DNA of 62,539 nucleotides, filler included, from Candidatus Babelota bacterium (GTDB lineage Bacteria; JAGOBX01): NCBI GenBank assembly GCA_017999075.1. It is 9 parts of 9 records of this genome, joined end to end, with 100 filler letters (N's around TTAATTAATTAA, not from the genome) between each part and the next. Parts side by side here need not be neighbours in the genome. Positions count along the whole stretch, not along the records: positions 27,977 to 34,844 come from JAGOBX010000193.1; positions 34,945 to 41,787 come from JAGOBX010000194.1; 7 more parts are not named here. One strand, 5' to 3'. Shown piece by piece: positions 32,401 to 41,620 of this stretch (position 1 is its first letter; each line of letters starts with the position of its first letter). The notes under the pieces were generated by a model. It saw only the letters and a program-made list of their open reading frames with translations, ran no database searches and was not told where the DNA came from. The position numbers and the translations under genes were made by a program.

Positions 32401-32910
32401 ATTTGGGATCCTAATTCTGAACGCATATATTATCAGACCAACAAATCAGATGCCATGGCTCTTGATATATATTACGCTGACCTTCAGTCGAGCGGTGGAG
32501 TAACAACATCTTCTCCTCAACTTCCTGTATATATTCATAACGGACCGAATTCTAATCAAACTCAGGAAATAGAACGGCGAACCATAAATACTTCTGCTAT
32601 CGGATTAACTTCGTTATCTATATCCACAAGAAACGGCGCGGAATCAGCATTAAATAGTATTCAAAACGCTTTGAATGTTGTTAATTCGGCTTCGTCATAT
32701 TTTGGCGCAATTCAAAACAGATTAGAAATAAATTATGATTTTAATTCATCTTCGAATCAGGAACATATTTCTTCAAGAAGTATGATTACGGATTCGGATT
32801 TTCCTTCTGTATTTACTAATTATACAAAAAATCAGATAATTAACAACGCGGCTATCGCTATGCTTTCGCAAGCAAATATAAATTCAAAATTTTTATTGAA
32901 ATTTATCTAA
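29407..32910 (+). CDS. fliC: Tandem double flagellin: unit 1 with gluzincin-type metallopeptidase insert (flagellinolysin-like), unit 2 with TolB/PD40 beta-propeller insert
   Basis: Two N-domains (LSAGYRINRASDDAAGLAISEK; LSSGKRINRAADDAAGLAISEK) and two C-domains (LGAKQNRLE..SRIRDTDFAAEM; FGAIQNRLE..SMITDSDF..AMLSQAN); HEMIH..WFKEAAAE; FSPDGTKIAF and WSPDGSKILY. Confidence 0.93.
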   Translation: MQIYNPVTHYSVRQLEKFNIFSNKSLEKLSAGYRINRASDDAAGLAISEKLRTQVNGLSQAEKNILDGISLVQTAESAYSEITDILQRVRTLAVQTSNDTLTDEDRELVQLEVAQLLSEIDRYETAVEFNNIKLLQGTVETNDNELSLLQQYLNDNWIAVGQQMANMIYDMSGNVGGPLEVILDAGAAGGTLAYVATWTSGNNVVKQELHIELADFQPVTLPNGGSSPTFYNDRIILHEMIHATHAWHSDGVYSFNTDVPTWFKEAAAEYSHGANDRVLYDGGMTAGGAASIRTVDLSNWGGTSKYYSAAYEAAMYMNRTYGNGAGDTDGDGSVLDQVFKEMETGNSFDSALDYIDDGVINASLNESGFLNDFSNDVGYDAQIQADASFFYNGGGFNGGTGGYWAIDGGIGGGGKTAEDTVDDLPGDVLGGYTLTFTNFDTSSSSLNEALNFQVGANRGEKIIISLNQINTQSLGINNLNLSTRASSESAIDLIDSAIAQMSGYRSDLGAKQNRLEHIYNFARINIENQSASESRIRDTDFAAEMVEYTKNNVMIQAAQNTVSKANQIQYSNAMSAINGTEGLEISNQKNSERMLNNAKKSAAAVNADMEKLSSGKRINRAADDAAGLAISEKFLTQINGLDQANRNVKDGISLLQITDGALEEVKSLLQRINVLSVQAANDTLTNEDRNHLQLEIDQLLNEIDRVTSSADFNGINLLRQASGLGQTTPIVLTYLSSLLNISRPGVNSNLRGYGPTIYGDSSKMIVCFGNNPGSEVNVFRLDIDGSNPVQLTNLAGAEYDPSLNSSASSVLYNYTSNGLINTYDLYITDTVGTMVNTQIAPSAFFDGYASWNTASDSEISFISNRNGSFNLYKVDYGADVAFGSGDDVVTQLTANVNPAANMLYSSFSPDGTKIAFISDIGGSYQVWTVNSDGTGLTALTNTVANIVGSGGPSWSPDGSKILYSASVAGTTELFYSNSDNSGSSKQVTYIGATSSTGGIWDPNSERIYYQTNKSDAMALDIYYADLQSSGGVTTSSPQLPVYIHNGPNSNQTQEIERRTINTSAIGLTSLSISTRNGAESALNSIQNALNVVNSASSYFGAIQNRLEINYDFNSSSNQEHISSRSMITDSDFPSVFTNYTKNQIINNAAIAMLSQANINSKFLLKFI

Positions 32911-32954
32911 TTGGAATATCTAAATAATAAAATTATAAAAAAATAAAAAAATAT

Positions 32955-32983
32955 TTGACAAATAAAAAAATAAATGATATAGT
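32955..32983 (+). promoter_or_regulatory. Sigma70-type promoter of the RRM gene
   Basis: TTGACA-17 bp-TATAGT with extended -10 TG. Confidence 0.75.
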
Positions 32984-33131
32984 ATACAAAAATTTGAAAA
33001 TTTATTTACAAAGAGAAAGATTTATTGAAGATTCAAATCAAGAGTAATTTATCGAAATTATCTCGTGTTTCGAGGCATATCTAAATCCATATCTAAAGTA
33101 AAAATATATTATTTTATTAAGGAGTTTTTTT

Positions 33132-33440
33132 ATGGACACCAAATTGTATGTTGGTAATCTTAATTGGGGCGTTACTGAAGAACAGTTGCAGACAATATTT
33201 GCTCAATACGGTTCAGTTGTATCTGCAAAAATAATTACTGACCGCTCAACTGGAAGATCAAAAGGTTTCGGTTTTGTGGAAATGTCTTCACAGGAAGAAA
33301 TCGAAAAAGCTATTTCAGGATTGAATGGCAAAGAATTTGAAGGAAGAGCATTAACAGTTAATATCGCAAGACCTCAAGAAAGAAGACCGCAGCGTAGTTT
33401 TGACAGAAACCGCGGCGGCAGCGGCCAACGTAGATATTAA
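33132..33440 (+). CDS. RRM (RNP-1) RNA-binding protein
   Basis: KLYVGNL; RSKGFGFVEM; Arg/Gly-rich tail; AGGAG ribosome-binding site. Confidence 0.96.
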   Translation: MDTKLYVGNLNWGVTEEQLQTIFAQYGSVVSAKIITDRSTGRSKGFGFVEMSSQEEIEKAISGLNGKEFEGRALTVNIARPQERRPQRSFDRNRGGSGQRRY

Positions 33441-33497
33441 GATTTTAATATAAAATACGATACTTGTTTTAGTATAAATATTAAAGATATGGATTTA

Positions 33498-33539
33498 AAA
33501 ACTGCGCTTGTTATATATTATTTATAACTTGCGCAGTTT
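33498..33539 (+). terminator. Long hairpin downstream of the RRM gene (terminator or structural element)
   Basis: AAACTGCGC..GTTATA-loop-TATAAC..GCGCAGTTT inverted repeat. Confidence 0.55.
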
Positions 33540-33980
33540 AAACCGGAGCGGCTAATTTAAAAATGTTAGATGCACTGGATTTATTTTATTTATACAAACG
33601 GGTTTTTTATATAAAATCGATATAATAATTTTTATTAAATAATTTTGGCGTGTGTTTTATAATTATTATACGTATAAAGTTTTGAGTTTGCGTAAAAATA
33701 ATTGTTTTATTTTACAGCATTTCTCATCAATTATGTAATAGTATAATAAAAACATAAGAATTGCAGAAAATATAAGCAAAAATATAATTTTACAATTAAG
33801 GATAACTATAATTGTGGAATTTGTTTATGTAGTGTATTTTCTGTGATTCTGATGGTTTAATGTGAAATAATATTGAAACTCTGCATTTTTCTAATTAATA
33901 CAACACATGTTTAATTCAAACCATAATATGTTTCTCGTGTTTATTCCCATCGATCATATTTTTCATCTGAAAATAACAAA

Positions 33981-34844
33981 ATGAAAAATGAATTTCAGCG
34001 TTTTATAGGGCAGTTATTCATAATAGAACTAAAATCAACCGACGGAAAATATTTTACAGAATACAATGAGTATATTGATGAGTTGCTGAAAAAATATAAT
34101 GTCGGCGGTTTTATTTTTTTTTCCGGTAATATAATAGATAAAAAACAATTATTGAATTTTATTCGTGAGTTAAAAAAAAAATCTGAAACACCTCTGTTTA
34201 TTGCAGTAGACGAAGAAGGTGCGCCGGTTTCCAGGTTAAGAAAAATATTTAAAAAATCATATTTTTCACATAAGGAGTTGGGTGAAAAAAATAATCCCGA
34301 ATTAACTTATCAAACTGCTTTTGAAATTGGAACACAAATTAAAAAAATAGGATTTAATATTGATTTTGCTCCAGTAATGGATATTTTTAATGAAAAAAAA
34401 AATTGTGTCAATAAAAATTCTATGCTGGCAAACCGGACTTTTGGAAATGATTTGAGAAAAAATTTGATTCATACGGCCTGTTTTTTTAAAGGGCTTGAAG
34501 CTGCCGGAATAATTTCATGCCCTAAACATTTTCCTGGATGCGGCGATGCAGTTAAAGATTTGCATAAAGGAAATTCTATATCTTTAAAAACTTTTGAAGA
34601 TTTGTCTGCGAATGAATTAAAATCTTATAAAACTGTTATAAACCTCGGATGCAAATTAATTATGATAGGACATAATTCGTTTTTTGAAATAAATGAGAAA
34701 ATAATATACGATGGTAAAGAAATTGTTATTCCAAGTTCGCTGTCGAAAAATATGATAACCGGAGTTTTAAAAAAAAAAATGAATTACAAAAATTTAATTG
34801 TTACTGATTCGTTACGTATGAATTCTATTGCCCAATTGATTAAC
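33981..34844 (+). CDS. GH3 beta-N-acetylhexosaminidase-like (NagZ family), 3'-truncated
   Basis: LFIAVDEEG..VSR; NIDFAPVMD; KHFPGCG...DLH; VTDSL.M. Confidence 0.85.
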
Positions 34845-34944
34845 NNNNNNNNNNNNNNNNNNNNNNNNNNNNNNNNNNNNNNNNNNNNTTAATTAATTAA
34901 NNNNNNNNNNNNNNNNNNNNNNNNNNNNNNNNNNNNNNNNNNNN

Positions 34945-35235
34945 GCGACATATTGCAGTAAACCATTGAACCTTGACGAAATGAAATTCATCGCTGAAAA
35001 ATCCAAGGAAATATATTGTATAAGACTTCAAAACCGGGAATTACTTGAAAAGATTAAAGAAAACCAGAATGTTGAGATAGAAAATTTTGAGTATAAACTT
35101 ATTGCCGAAGAACTAAGGCGTGAGCTTATAATTAAAGAAAATCTTATTATCAGACTGACGACTTATATACGGGAAAATAAAAAAATGTTAAATATTCCAG
35201 ATGATATAAATCTGCTTATTGGTGAACAGGAATAA
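34945..35235 (+). CDS. Hypothetical protein, C-terminal fragment
   Basis: Coiled-coil-like ORF at contig start, upstream of cheR. Confidence 0.5.
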   Translation, partial: ATYCSKPLNLDEMKFIAEKSKEIYCIRLQNRELLEKIKENQNVEIENFEYKLIAEELRRELIIKENLIIRLTTYIRENKKMLNIPDDINLLIGEQE

Positions 35236-35272
35236 AATTATACTAATTTTTTAGACAAATATAAACTTAATC

Positions 35273-36088
35273 ATGACTTATGATTTTACCGATGAATTGC
35301 ATATAAAATTTTATAAAAAAATTTATGATATTGCTGGAATCAATCTTGAAAAAAAAAAAGAACTTCTGAAATGCAGATTGTTAAAACGTATGACAGTTTT
35401 GAAAATAACTTCTTACGAGCAGTATTATAATTATGTTATTAATGATGTAAAAGGAGAAGAACTCTCTAATTTATTAACAGCAGTATCCACGAACATCACT
35501 TCTTTTTTTAGAGAAATTCAGCATTTTGATTTTTTAAAAAAAAATATAGTTCCAAAAATTTTCAATTCTGAAAATAGAATTGTAAAAGGGTGGAGCGCTG
35601 CTTCATCTTCAGGAGAAGAGGCATACTCAATACTCATTACAATAATGGAATCAGTGCAGGATTTAAATAAATATGATTTGAAAATTACTGGAACAGATAT
35701 TTCAACAAAAGTTTTAGAACAGGCAAGCAGTGGAGTTTATTCTTTTGAAAAACTTAAGACAGTTGAGGATAATATTAAAAATAAATATTTTAAATTAAGC
35801 GATGACAAAAAATTTTTTGAAATCCGCGGAGATTTAAAGCGGTTTGTCAACTTTAAATATTTTAACTTGATGTCTGAAAATTATCCTTTTAATGCACAGT
35901 TTGATTTTATTTTTTGCAGAAATGTAATAATTTATTTTGATAGAAAAACTCAGCAGAAAGTAATAGATAAATTAATAGGTTCATTGAAACCGGAAGGTTA
36001 TCTGATAGTAGGTCATTCTGAATGTTTAACAGGAATAGAACATAATTTAAAATATATTCAACCTACGATTTATTCCAAATCAAAATAA
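35273..36088 (+). CDS. cheR: Chemotaxis protein methyltransferase
   Basis: STNITSFFRE; WSAASSSGEEAYS; GTDIS; DFIFCRNVIIYFD; GHSE. Confidence 0.95.
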   Translation: MTYDFTDELHIKFYKKIYDIAGINLEKKKELLKCRLLKRMTVLKITSYEQYYNYVINDVKGEELSNLLTAVSTNITSFFREIQHFDFLKKNIVPKIFNSENRIVKGWSAASSSGEEAYSILITIMESVQDLNKYDLKITGTDISTKVLEQASSGVYSFEKLKTVEDNIKNKYFKLSDDKKFFEIRGDLKRFVNFKYFNLMSENYPFNAQFDFIFCRNVIIYFDRKTQQKVIDKLIGSLKPEGYLIVGHSECLTGIEHNLKYIQPTIYSKSK

Positions 36089-36131
36089 ACCCAGTGATTT
36101 GATTAAAATAAAATTATATTAATTTTTAAAA

Positions 36132-36875
36132 TTAAGCATTTACATATAATCTGCCGTAAGGTCTTTTACTTACAGGCATATATTTATAAAATTTTGACAA
36201 ATCAAAAGTTTTGAAATCAATTTTAAAAATATTGCAGAATTCCGTTATATTTGTTTTTAGAATATTGATGTCGTTTTCATCGACTTTAAATTTTGTAACT
36301 TCTTTTCCTATAGATTTTTCAGGGGCTTCCAGCCTTGAATAAATTACTCCTCCATGCATTCCTGTTCCGAAATAGTCGCCTGCAATATATTCTTTCTCTG
36401 ATTTTATTGTCAATCCCAATAAAATAAGTATTCCTCCTGCCATATATTCTCCGAGAAAATTACCACCTTTTCCTCCGATTATAAGTACAGGTATTTGATT
36501 TTTATATTCTTTCATATGAATTCCAACGCGATAACCAACATCTTCCCTGATAAAAACTTTCCCTCCTCTCATACCGTAACACAAAGTATCTCCTGCCTGT
36601 CCATGTACAATTATTGTTCCTGAATTCATGGTATTTGCTATTCCATCCTGAGCATTTCCGTGAACAATAATTTCAGCTCCGTTCATAAATGCACCCATGT
36701 CATTTCCTGCAATACCTTCCACTTCGATTTTTACTCCATTACCGATACCATCGCCGATATATCTATGACCTAATACATTAATTAATTTAAAATGAGTTTC
36801 GCCGGCAATAATTTTATTTCTGATTTGCTGGTTTAAATCTTTGTAATATAAATTTTTTGCGTCTATAATCATCAT
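36132..36875 (-). CDS. Glutamate synthase GXGXG-domain subunit (split type)
   Basis: GNDMGAFMNG; GMRGG; GEYMAGG; GMHGG. Confidence 0.88.
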   Translation of the reverse strand: MMIIDAKNLYYKDLNQQIRNKIIAGETHFKLINVLGHRYIGDGIGNGVKIEVEGIAGNDMGAFMNGAEIIVHGNAQDGIANTMNSGTIIVHGQAGDTLCYGMRGGKVFIREDVGYRVGIHMKEYKNQIPVLIIGGKGGNFLGEYMAGGILILLGLTIKSEKEYIAGDYFGTGMHGGVIYSRLEAPEKSIGKEVTKFKVDENDINILKTNITEFCNIFKIDFKTFDLSKFYKYMPVSKRPYGRLYVNA

Positions 36876-36912
36876 TTTTAATTCCTTCCAACCATATCGT
36901 TATAAATATATT

Positions 36913-38055
36913 TTATATAATTTCTTTTTTTAAAGCTATCACAGGTTCGCCTGCTACAGGGTGCCATGTTTTATCGGGTTTTTTTGACATATACATTATA
37001 GCTGATTCTTCGCTTGCAATGAATGTCTTATTTCCTTCGGTCGCCGCCACAAGCGGCCTCAGTTTTATTCTATCGTTAAGTCCTATCATTCCATTTGAAA
37101 ATGCAAGGACAATTGCAAAAGGACCATTCAATGAAATGCTGCCATAAACTATTCTTAAAGCTTCATAAAGTTTTTTTTCATTATCAGGCATATCATCTAT
37201 GCGCGACCAAAAATCGGGAGTTAAAATTTTACAAACCAGTTCAACCGGAAGTTTATGTTTTCTTATAAGCAAATCAAAAATATAAACGATGACTTCAGTA
37301 TCAGTCATACAGGTAAGTTCATAGTCATACATCTCAAGATAACGTTTGTTAATTCCGTAAGAGGATATTTCTCCATTATGCACAACAGTATAATCAAGAA
37401 GGCCAAACGGATGCGCCCCTCCCCACCATGATGGTGAATTAGTGGGAAATCTGTTATGAGCTGTCCATAAATAACCTTTATAATTTTCGAGCATAAAAAA
37501 GTTTGCGATATCTTCAGGATAGCCAACTCCTTTAAAAACACCCATGTTTTTTCCGCTTGAAAAAACATAAGCTCCCTTTATCGTAGAATTTATTTCCATT
37601 ACTCTACGTACAACAAATTCATCATCGTCAATATTTTCATAAGCTATATTCGGAGTATCTGTAAACACCCTTCTTGATTTAACAAAATATCTTCTTATTA
37701 ATGGATGTTTTCCGAGCGGATGCGAATCAAATTTTGTTTCATGCCTGTGCGGAAGCGCGCCATGTTTATCGACATAAAAATATTTGTTTAAAAAATTTTC
37801 AGTATTTTCAGCAGAGACAGCATCATTGAAAAAACAATGAAAAGCATAGTAATCAGGAAATTCAGGATAGCAACCATATACAGCAAATCCTCCGCCCAGT
37901 CCGTTTCCTCTGTCGTGCATACTTGCTATAGATGCGATTATTGAATCTCCTGACATTTGATTTCCCGAAGAATCCATCATAGCAGCTAATCCGCAGCCGC
38001 CAATAATTTTATGATCTTCATAACATATATTTTCTGTAGAATAAATATTATTCAT
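36913..38055 (-). CDS. Glutamate synthase class II glutamine amidotransferase subunit
   Basis: GGCGL; HDRGNGLGGG; AHNRFPTN..WWGGAHPF; VHNGEISSYG; TDTE; DRIKLRP. Confidence 0.88.
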   Translation of the reverse strand: MNNIYSTENICYEDHKIIGGCGLAAMMDSSGNQMSGDSIIASIASMHDRGNGLGGGFAVYGCYPEFPDYYAFHCFFNDAVSAENTENFLNKYFYVDKHGALPHRHETKFDSHPLGKHPLIRRYFVKSRRVFTDTPNIAYENIDDDEFVVRRVMEINSTIKGAYVFSSGKNMGVFKGVGYPEDIANFFMLENYKGYLWTAHNRFPTNSPSWWGGAHPFGLLDYTVVHNGEISSYGINKRYLEMYDYELTCMTDTEVIVYIFDLLIRKHKLPVELVCKILTPDFWSRIDDMPDNEKKLYEALRIVYGSISLNGPFAIVLAFSNGMIGLNDRIKLRPLVAATEGNKTFIASEESAIMYMSKKPDKTWHPVAGEPVIALKKEII

Positions 38056-39313
38056 TTTCATATCTCCATTCATCAGGTAAATCAGCTATGCTGAAATCCG
38101 GCAGTAATAATTTGTCTTTTATAATTGAAACATCAAACTTTTTTTTAAGCAGATAAGATAAAATTCCTGATTTTTGAATTGATTTTCCCATCATTATAAA
38201 TCCGGTAATTTTATCATTAATCAAAAAAATTTTTTCATAAATATTTCTTTTTTCAACTTTATAAATTAATTTTTCTGAGTTTTCATTTTGCAGGTTTCCA
38301 ACTGAAACTATCGGTATATCTGAAAATTTTAACGGGCTTAACGGGTAGCCCCCGGCAAACTCCCTTGAATTTCCGGTCATATTAACTCCTGCAGTAAGTC
38401 CTGTTTCAAAAGCCCATATCCATAATGGAATCGGATAGATTTTATCAGTTGTCAGATCGTTAATTTCAGTTACATCTCCTGCTGAAAATATGTTTTTTAT
38501 GTTAGTTTCGCAATTATTATTTATTGAAATTCCCAAATTTGATTTAATACCGCTTTCATTTATAATACTTAAATCCGGTTTTACGCCTATAGAAAAAATT
38601 ATTATATCTGATTCAATAAATTTTCCTGATTTTAAATTGACATCCATTGAGCCGTTTTTAGATTTTTCTATTGAGACAACTGATTCATCAGTATATATAT
38701 CAATATTCCTTGATTTGAATTGGCTTGTTACTATTTCAGAGATATATTCATCGGCTGATCTAATTAAAGGTTTTGATGCAAGTTCGACGATTTTGACAGA
38801 AATATTGTTTTTTGAAAGAGCATAAGCTACTTCGAGTCCGATAAATCCTGCTCCCACCACCACCGCTGATTTTATTGAAGATAAATTGTTTTTCAATCTT
38901 GCCAAATCCTGCATATTTGTGAATGTGTAGATTTTATTTTTTACTGATTCATCAATTTTAACTGGAGGCATTATCGGTTTTCCGCCGGTACCTATTAATA
39001 ATTTTTCAAAATAGAATTCTTCGCCGTTTTTTGAAATGATTTTTTTATTTTTAGAATCAATCTTGGTTATAACTGTATTTTCGATAAAATTTAATTTATT
39101 TGATTTAATTAAATCTTCGCTGTAAACATAGACGATTTTTTTTTCATATTTTTTATTGCTGAGAGCTTCAGCTATTACGGGACGTGAATAAATAATTTTA
39201 GTATCGGAAGATATAACAGTTATTTCGTTTGTTTTATCGTATAATCGTATTCCATTTATGCATCCGAGCGCAGCTGCGCTTGATCCGATTAATATATATT
39301 TATTCGAATTCAT
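38048..39313 (-). CDS. FAD-dependent NAD(P)H oxidoreductase (pyridine nucleotide-disulfide family)
   Basis: LIGSSAA; IGTGG.P; VVGAGFIGLE; FSAGDV. Confidence 0.88.
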   Translation of the reverse strand: MNSNKYILIGSSAAALGCINGIRLYDKTNEITVISSDTKIIYSRPVIAEALSNKKYEKKIVYVYSEDLIKSNKLNFIENTVITKIDSKNKKIISKNGEEFYFEKLLIGTGGKPIMPPVKIDESVKNKIYTFTNMQDLARLKNNLSSIKSAVVVGAGFIGLEVAYALSKNNISVKIVELASKPLIRSADEYISEIVTSQFKSRNIDIYTDESVVSIEKSKNGSMDVNLKSGKFIESDIIIFSIGVKPDLSIINESGIKSNLGISINNNCETNIKNIFSAGDVTEINDLTTDKIYPIPLWIWAFETGLTAGVNMTGNSREFAGGYPLSPLKFSDIPIVSVGNLQNENSEKLIYKVEKRNIYEKIFLINDKITGFIMMGKSIQKSGILSYLLKKKFDVSIIKDKLLLPDFSIADLPDEWRYENE

Positions 39314-39762
39314 TAGTCGATCTCCTCAATTGTTAATACTTTATTCGGACAAATCTCAACGCATGCAGGCGATTCTTTTCCTTCGCATAAATCGCATTTT
39401 ATAGAAAATTTATCTCCATGTTCATTTTCGGCCTGCATTATAGCTCCGTTTGGACAAACCATTATACAGCTCCAGCAGCCTATACATTTTTTGGAATCAA
39501 GATTGATTTTTCTATCAGAAGTTTTTATTATTGCTCCTGAAACGCATGCTTTAATACATTCAGGTTCTTCGCAGTTTCTGCATGAATTCATAAATGAAAC
39601 AGCTTCTCTTTTTGAAACATTATTTCTTGGCTGAAGCATATAATTTTTATCTAAAAATAATATGTTATCAATGTCTGAAGTATGAGCTATTGAACAAGCA
39701 ACAGAACATAATCCGCACGATACACAAAACTCCTGGCTGCATTTAATTCTTTTTTTTTTCAT
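39313..39762 (-). CDS. 4Fe-4S dicluster ferredoxin-like protein (CooF/DmsB-like)
   Basis: CVSCGLCSVAC; CRNCEEPEC..AC; CIGCWSCIMVCP; CDLC...CVEICP. Confidence 0.9.
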   Translation of the reverse strand: MKKKRIKCSQEFCVSCGLCSVACSIAHTSDIDNILFLDKNYMLQPRNNVSKREAVSFMNSCRNCEEPECIKACVSGAIIKTSDRKINLDSKKCIGCWSCIMVCPNGAIMQAENEHGDKFSIKCDLCEGKESPACVEICPNKVLTIEEID

Positions 39763-39909
39763 TTAAGTTATTTCACTCCGAAAATATTAATTTAATAAAG
39801 TTCCGAAAAAATTTTATCAATAAAGTTTATGGATTCAATAATCATTCATCAGTATTGTTTTAAAATAAATGCTTTCGGTAAAATTGTTAAAATTTTTTTT
39901 ATATAATTT

Positions 39910-41445
39910 TTAACTTCCAGCCTGCTTTACTCCAAGTATTGTATTTTCTTCTTCAGTCAAACCTATTGACCTTAATCTTATTCTTGAACCTCTGAGACTT
40001 TCTATTGAATTTATTCCTAAAGAACCAAGAACATCTTTTATTTCAAGTGACCATGCGCGTATAAGGTTATATAATCTTTTTTTTATTATTTCTGGATTCA
40101 ACCGCTTTGAAAGATATGGGTTATTTGTCGTGATTCCCCATGCACATAATCCTGTATGACACTGCTGACATAACGTGCATCCGGCAGCGAGCAGTATTGG
40201 AGTGCCTATATAGACTGCATCAGCGCCTAATGTAATAGCTTTTAAAATGTCTGCAGCGTTTCTGAATCCGCCTGCTGCTATTAAAGATATTTTGTTTCTC
40301 AATTTTTCTTTTCGCAGCCTTTCATCAACAGCAGCCAAAGCTAAGGCAACAGGAATGCCTACGTGATCCCGTATTATTTTGGGCGTTGCTCCGGTACCTC
40401 CGCGAAACCCGTCTATAACAATAACGTCAGCTCCTGCGTATGCTATGCCGCTTGCTATTGCTGCAATGTTATGGACTGCTGATACTTTTACAAACACAGG
40501 TTTAGTATAATTAACCGCTTCTTTTATTGCATAGATTAATTGTCTTAAATCTTCAATTGAGTAAATATCGTGATGAGGCGCAGGTGAAATTGCGTCAGTT
40601 CCTTCAGGAATCATTCTTGTTTCTGATATTGAAAATGTTACTTTTTCACCCGGTAAATGTCCGCCTATTCCTGGTTTAGCGCCTTGTCCTATTTTAATTT
40701 CTACGGCCGCGCCTGCATTTAAATAATTCACATCTACCCCGAATCTTCCTGAAGCGCATTGAACTATGGTATTTTCGGAATATTTTCTCAAATCCTTGTG
40801 GAGCCCGCCTTCTCCAGTATTCCAGCATATTCCAAGTTCTTTTGAAGCTTCTGCAAGGGCCTTTTGAAGATTTAAATTTATTGAACCGTAAGACATAGCG
40901 GAAAATAATATTGGAACATTAAGTTTAATGTGAGGTGAAAAATTTTTTTTTAATTCGAATCCGGATTTGGAGTTTTGTTTAATTTCTACTGTATCATCAT
41001 GAGAACCTATATACGTTCTGAGTTCCATAGGTTCTCTCAGAGGATCTATAGGAGGATTAGTAACCTGGCAAGCATCAAATAATAGATGGTCCCAATAAAT
41101 TCTGTATTCTTTGTCATTACCTGCTCCTGTTAACAAAATACAACCTGTTTCAGCTTGCTTGTAGAGATCAGTTATATGTTCTTTTGACCAGTTTGCATTT
41201 GCTCTGAATGGAGATTCCTTAAATTTAATTTCTATAGCATTCGTTGGACAAAACACTGAACATCTTTGGCATCCCACACATTTTGTATCATCATTTATAA
41301 CGATATTATTGTCTTCGTTGAAAAATGTAGAACTGAACGAACACTGATTCACACAAACTTTACATCTTACACACCTATTATCATCGCGTATAACTTTAAA
41401 ATTACAAAATGTTTCATAAAAATTTTTATTTAACATATTTTTCAC
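39910..41445 (-). CDS. FMN-binding glutamate synthase subunit with N-terminal 2x4Fe-4S domain
   Basis: AMSYGS; NTGEGG; SGRFGV; EIKIGQGAKPGIGGHLPGEKV; SPAPHHDIYSIEDL; CQQCHTGLC. Confidence 0.93.
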   Translation of the reverse strand: MKNMLNKNFYETFCNFKVIRDDNRCVRCKVCVNQCSFSSTFFNEDNNIVINDDTKCVGCQRCSVFCPTNAIEIKFKESPFRANANWSKEHITDLYKQAETGCILLTGAGNDKEYRIYWDHLLFDACQVTNPPIDPLREPMELRTYIGSHDDTVEIKQNSKSGFELKKNFSPHIKLNVPILFSAMSYGSINLNLQKALAEASKELGICWNTGEGGLHKDLRKYSENTIVQCASGRFGVDVNYLNAGAAVEIKIGQGAKPGIGGHLPGEKVTFSISETRMIPEGTDAISPAPHHDIYSIEDLRQLIYAIKEAVNYTKPVFVKVSAVHNIAAIASGIAYAGADVIVIDGFRGGTGATPKIIRDHVGIPVALALAAVDERLRKEKLRNKISLIAAGGFRNAADILKAITLGADAVYIGTPILLAAGCTLCQQCHTGLCAWGITTNNPYLSKRLNPEIIKKRLYNLIRAWSLEIKDVLGSLGINSIESLRGSRIRLRSIGLTEEENTILGVKQAGS

Positions 41446-41551
41446 CGCAAAATTTAACTCAAAAAATTATAATTTCGGATTATTTAATTAGGAAATAATA
41501 ATAACATATATTAAAATTAAAATCAAGTTAATAAATAATAATAAAATTTAA

Positions 41552-41580
41552 TAGACAATTTCAGAATTATATAATATAAT
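41552..41580 (+). promoter_or_regulatory. Putative sigma70 promoter for serA
   Basis: TAGACA-17 bp-TATAAT, about 40 bp upstream of the ATG. Confidence 0.5.
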
Positions 41581-41620
41581 AAAAAAAGAATTTTAATAAA
41601 TTTTACGGGGTGAGAATATT

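Noticed and set aside
34520-34566. KHFPGCG variant of the NagZ KHFPGHG motif
   Set aside because: The downstream D-x-H catalytic dyad is retained; a minor variation.
29407-36088. Apparent flagellin-cheR motility cluster
   Set aside because: The genes are on different contigs separated by a spacer.
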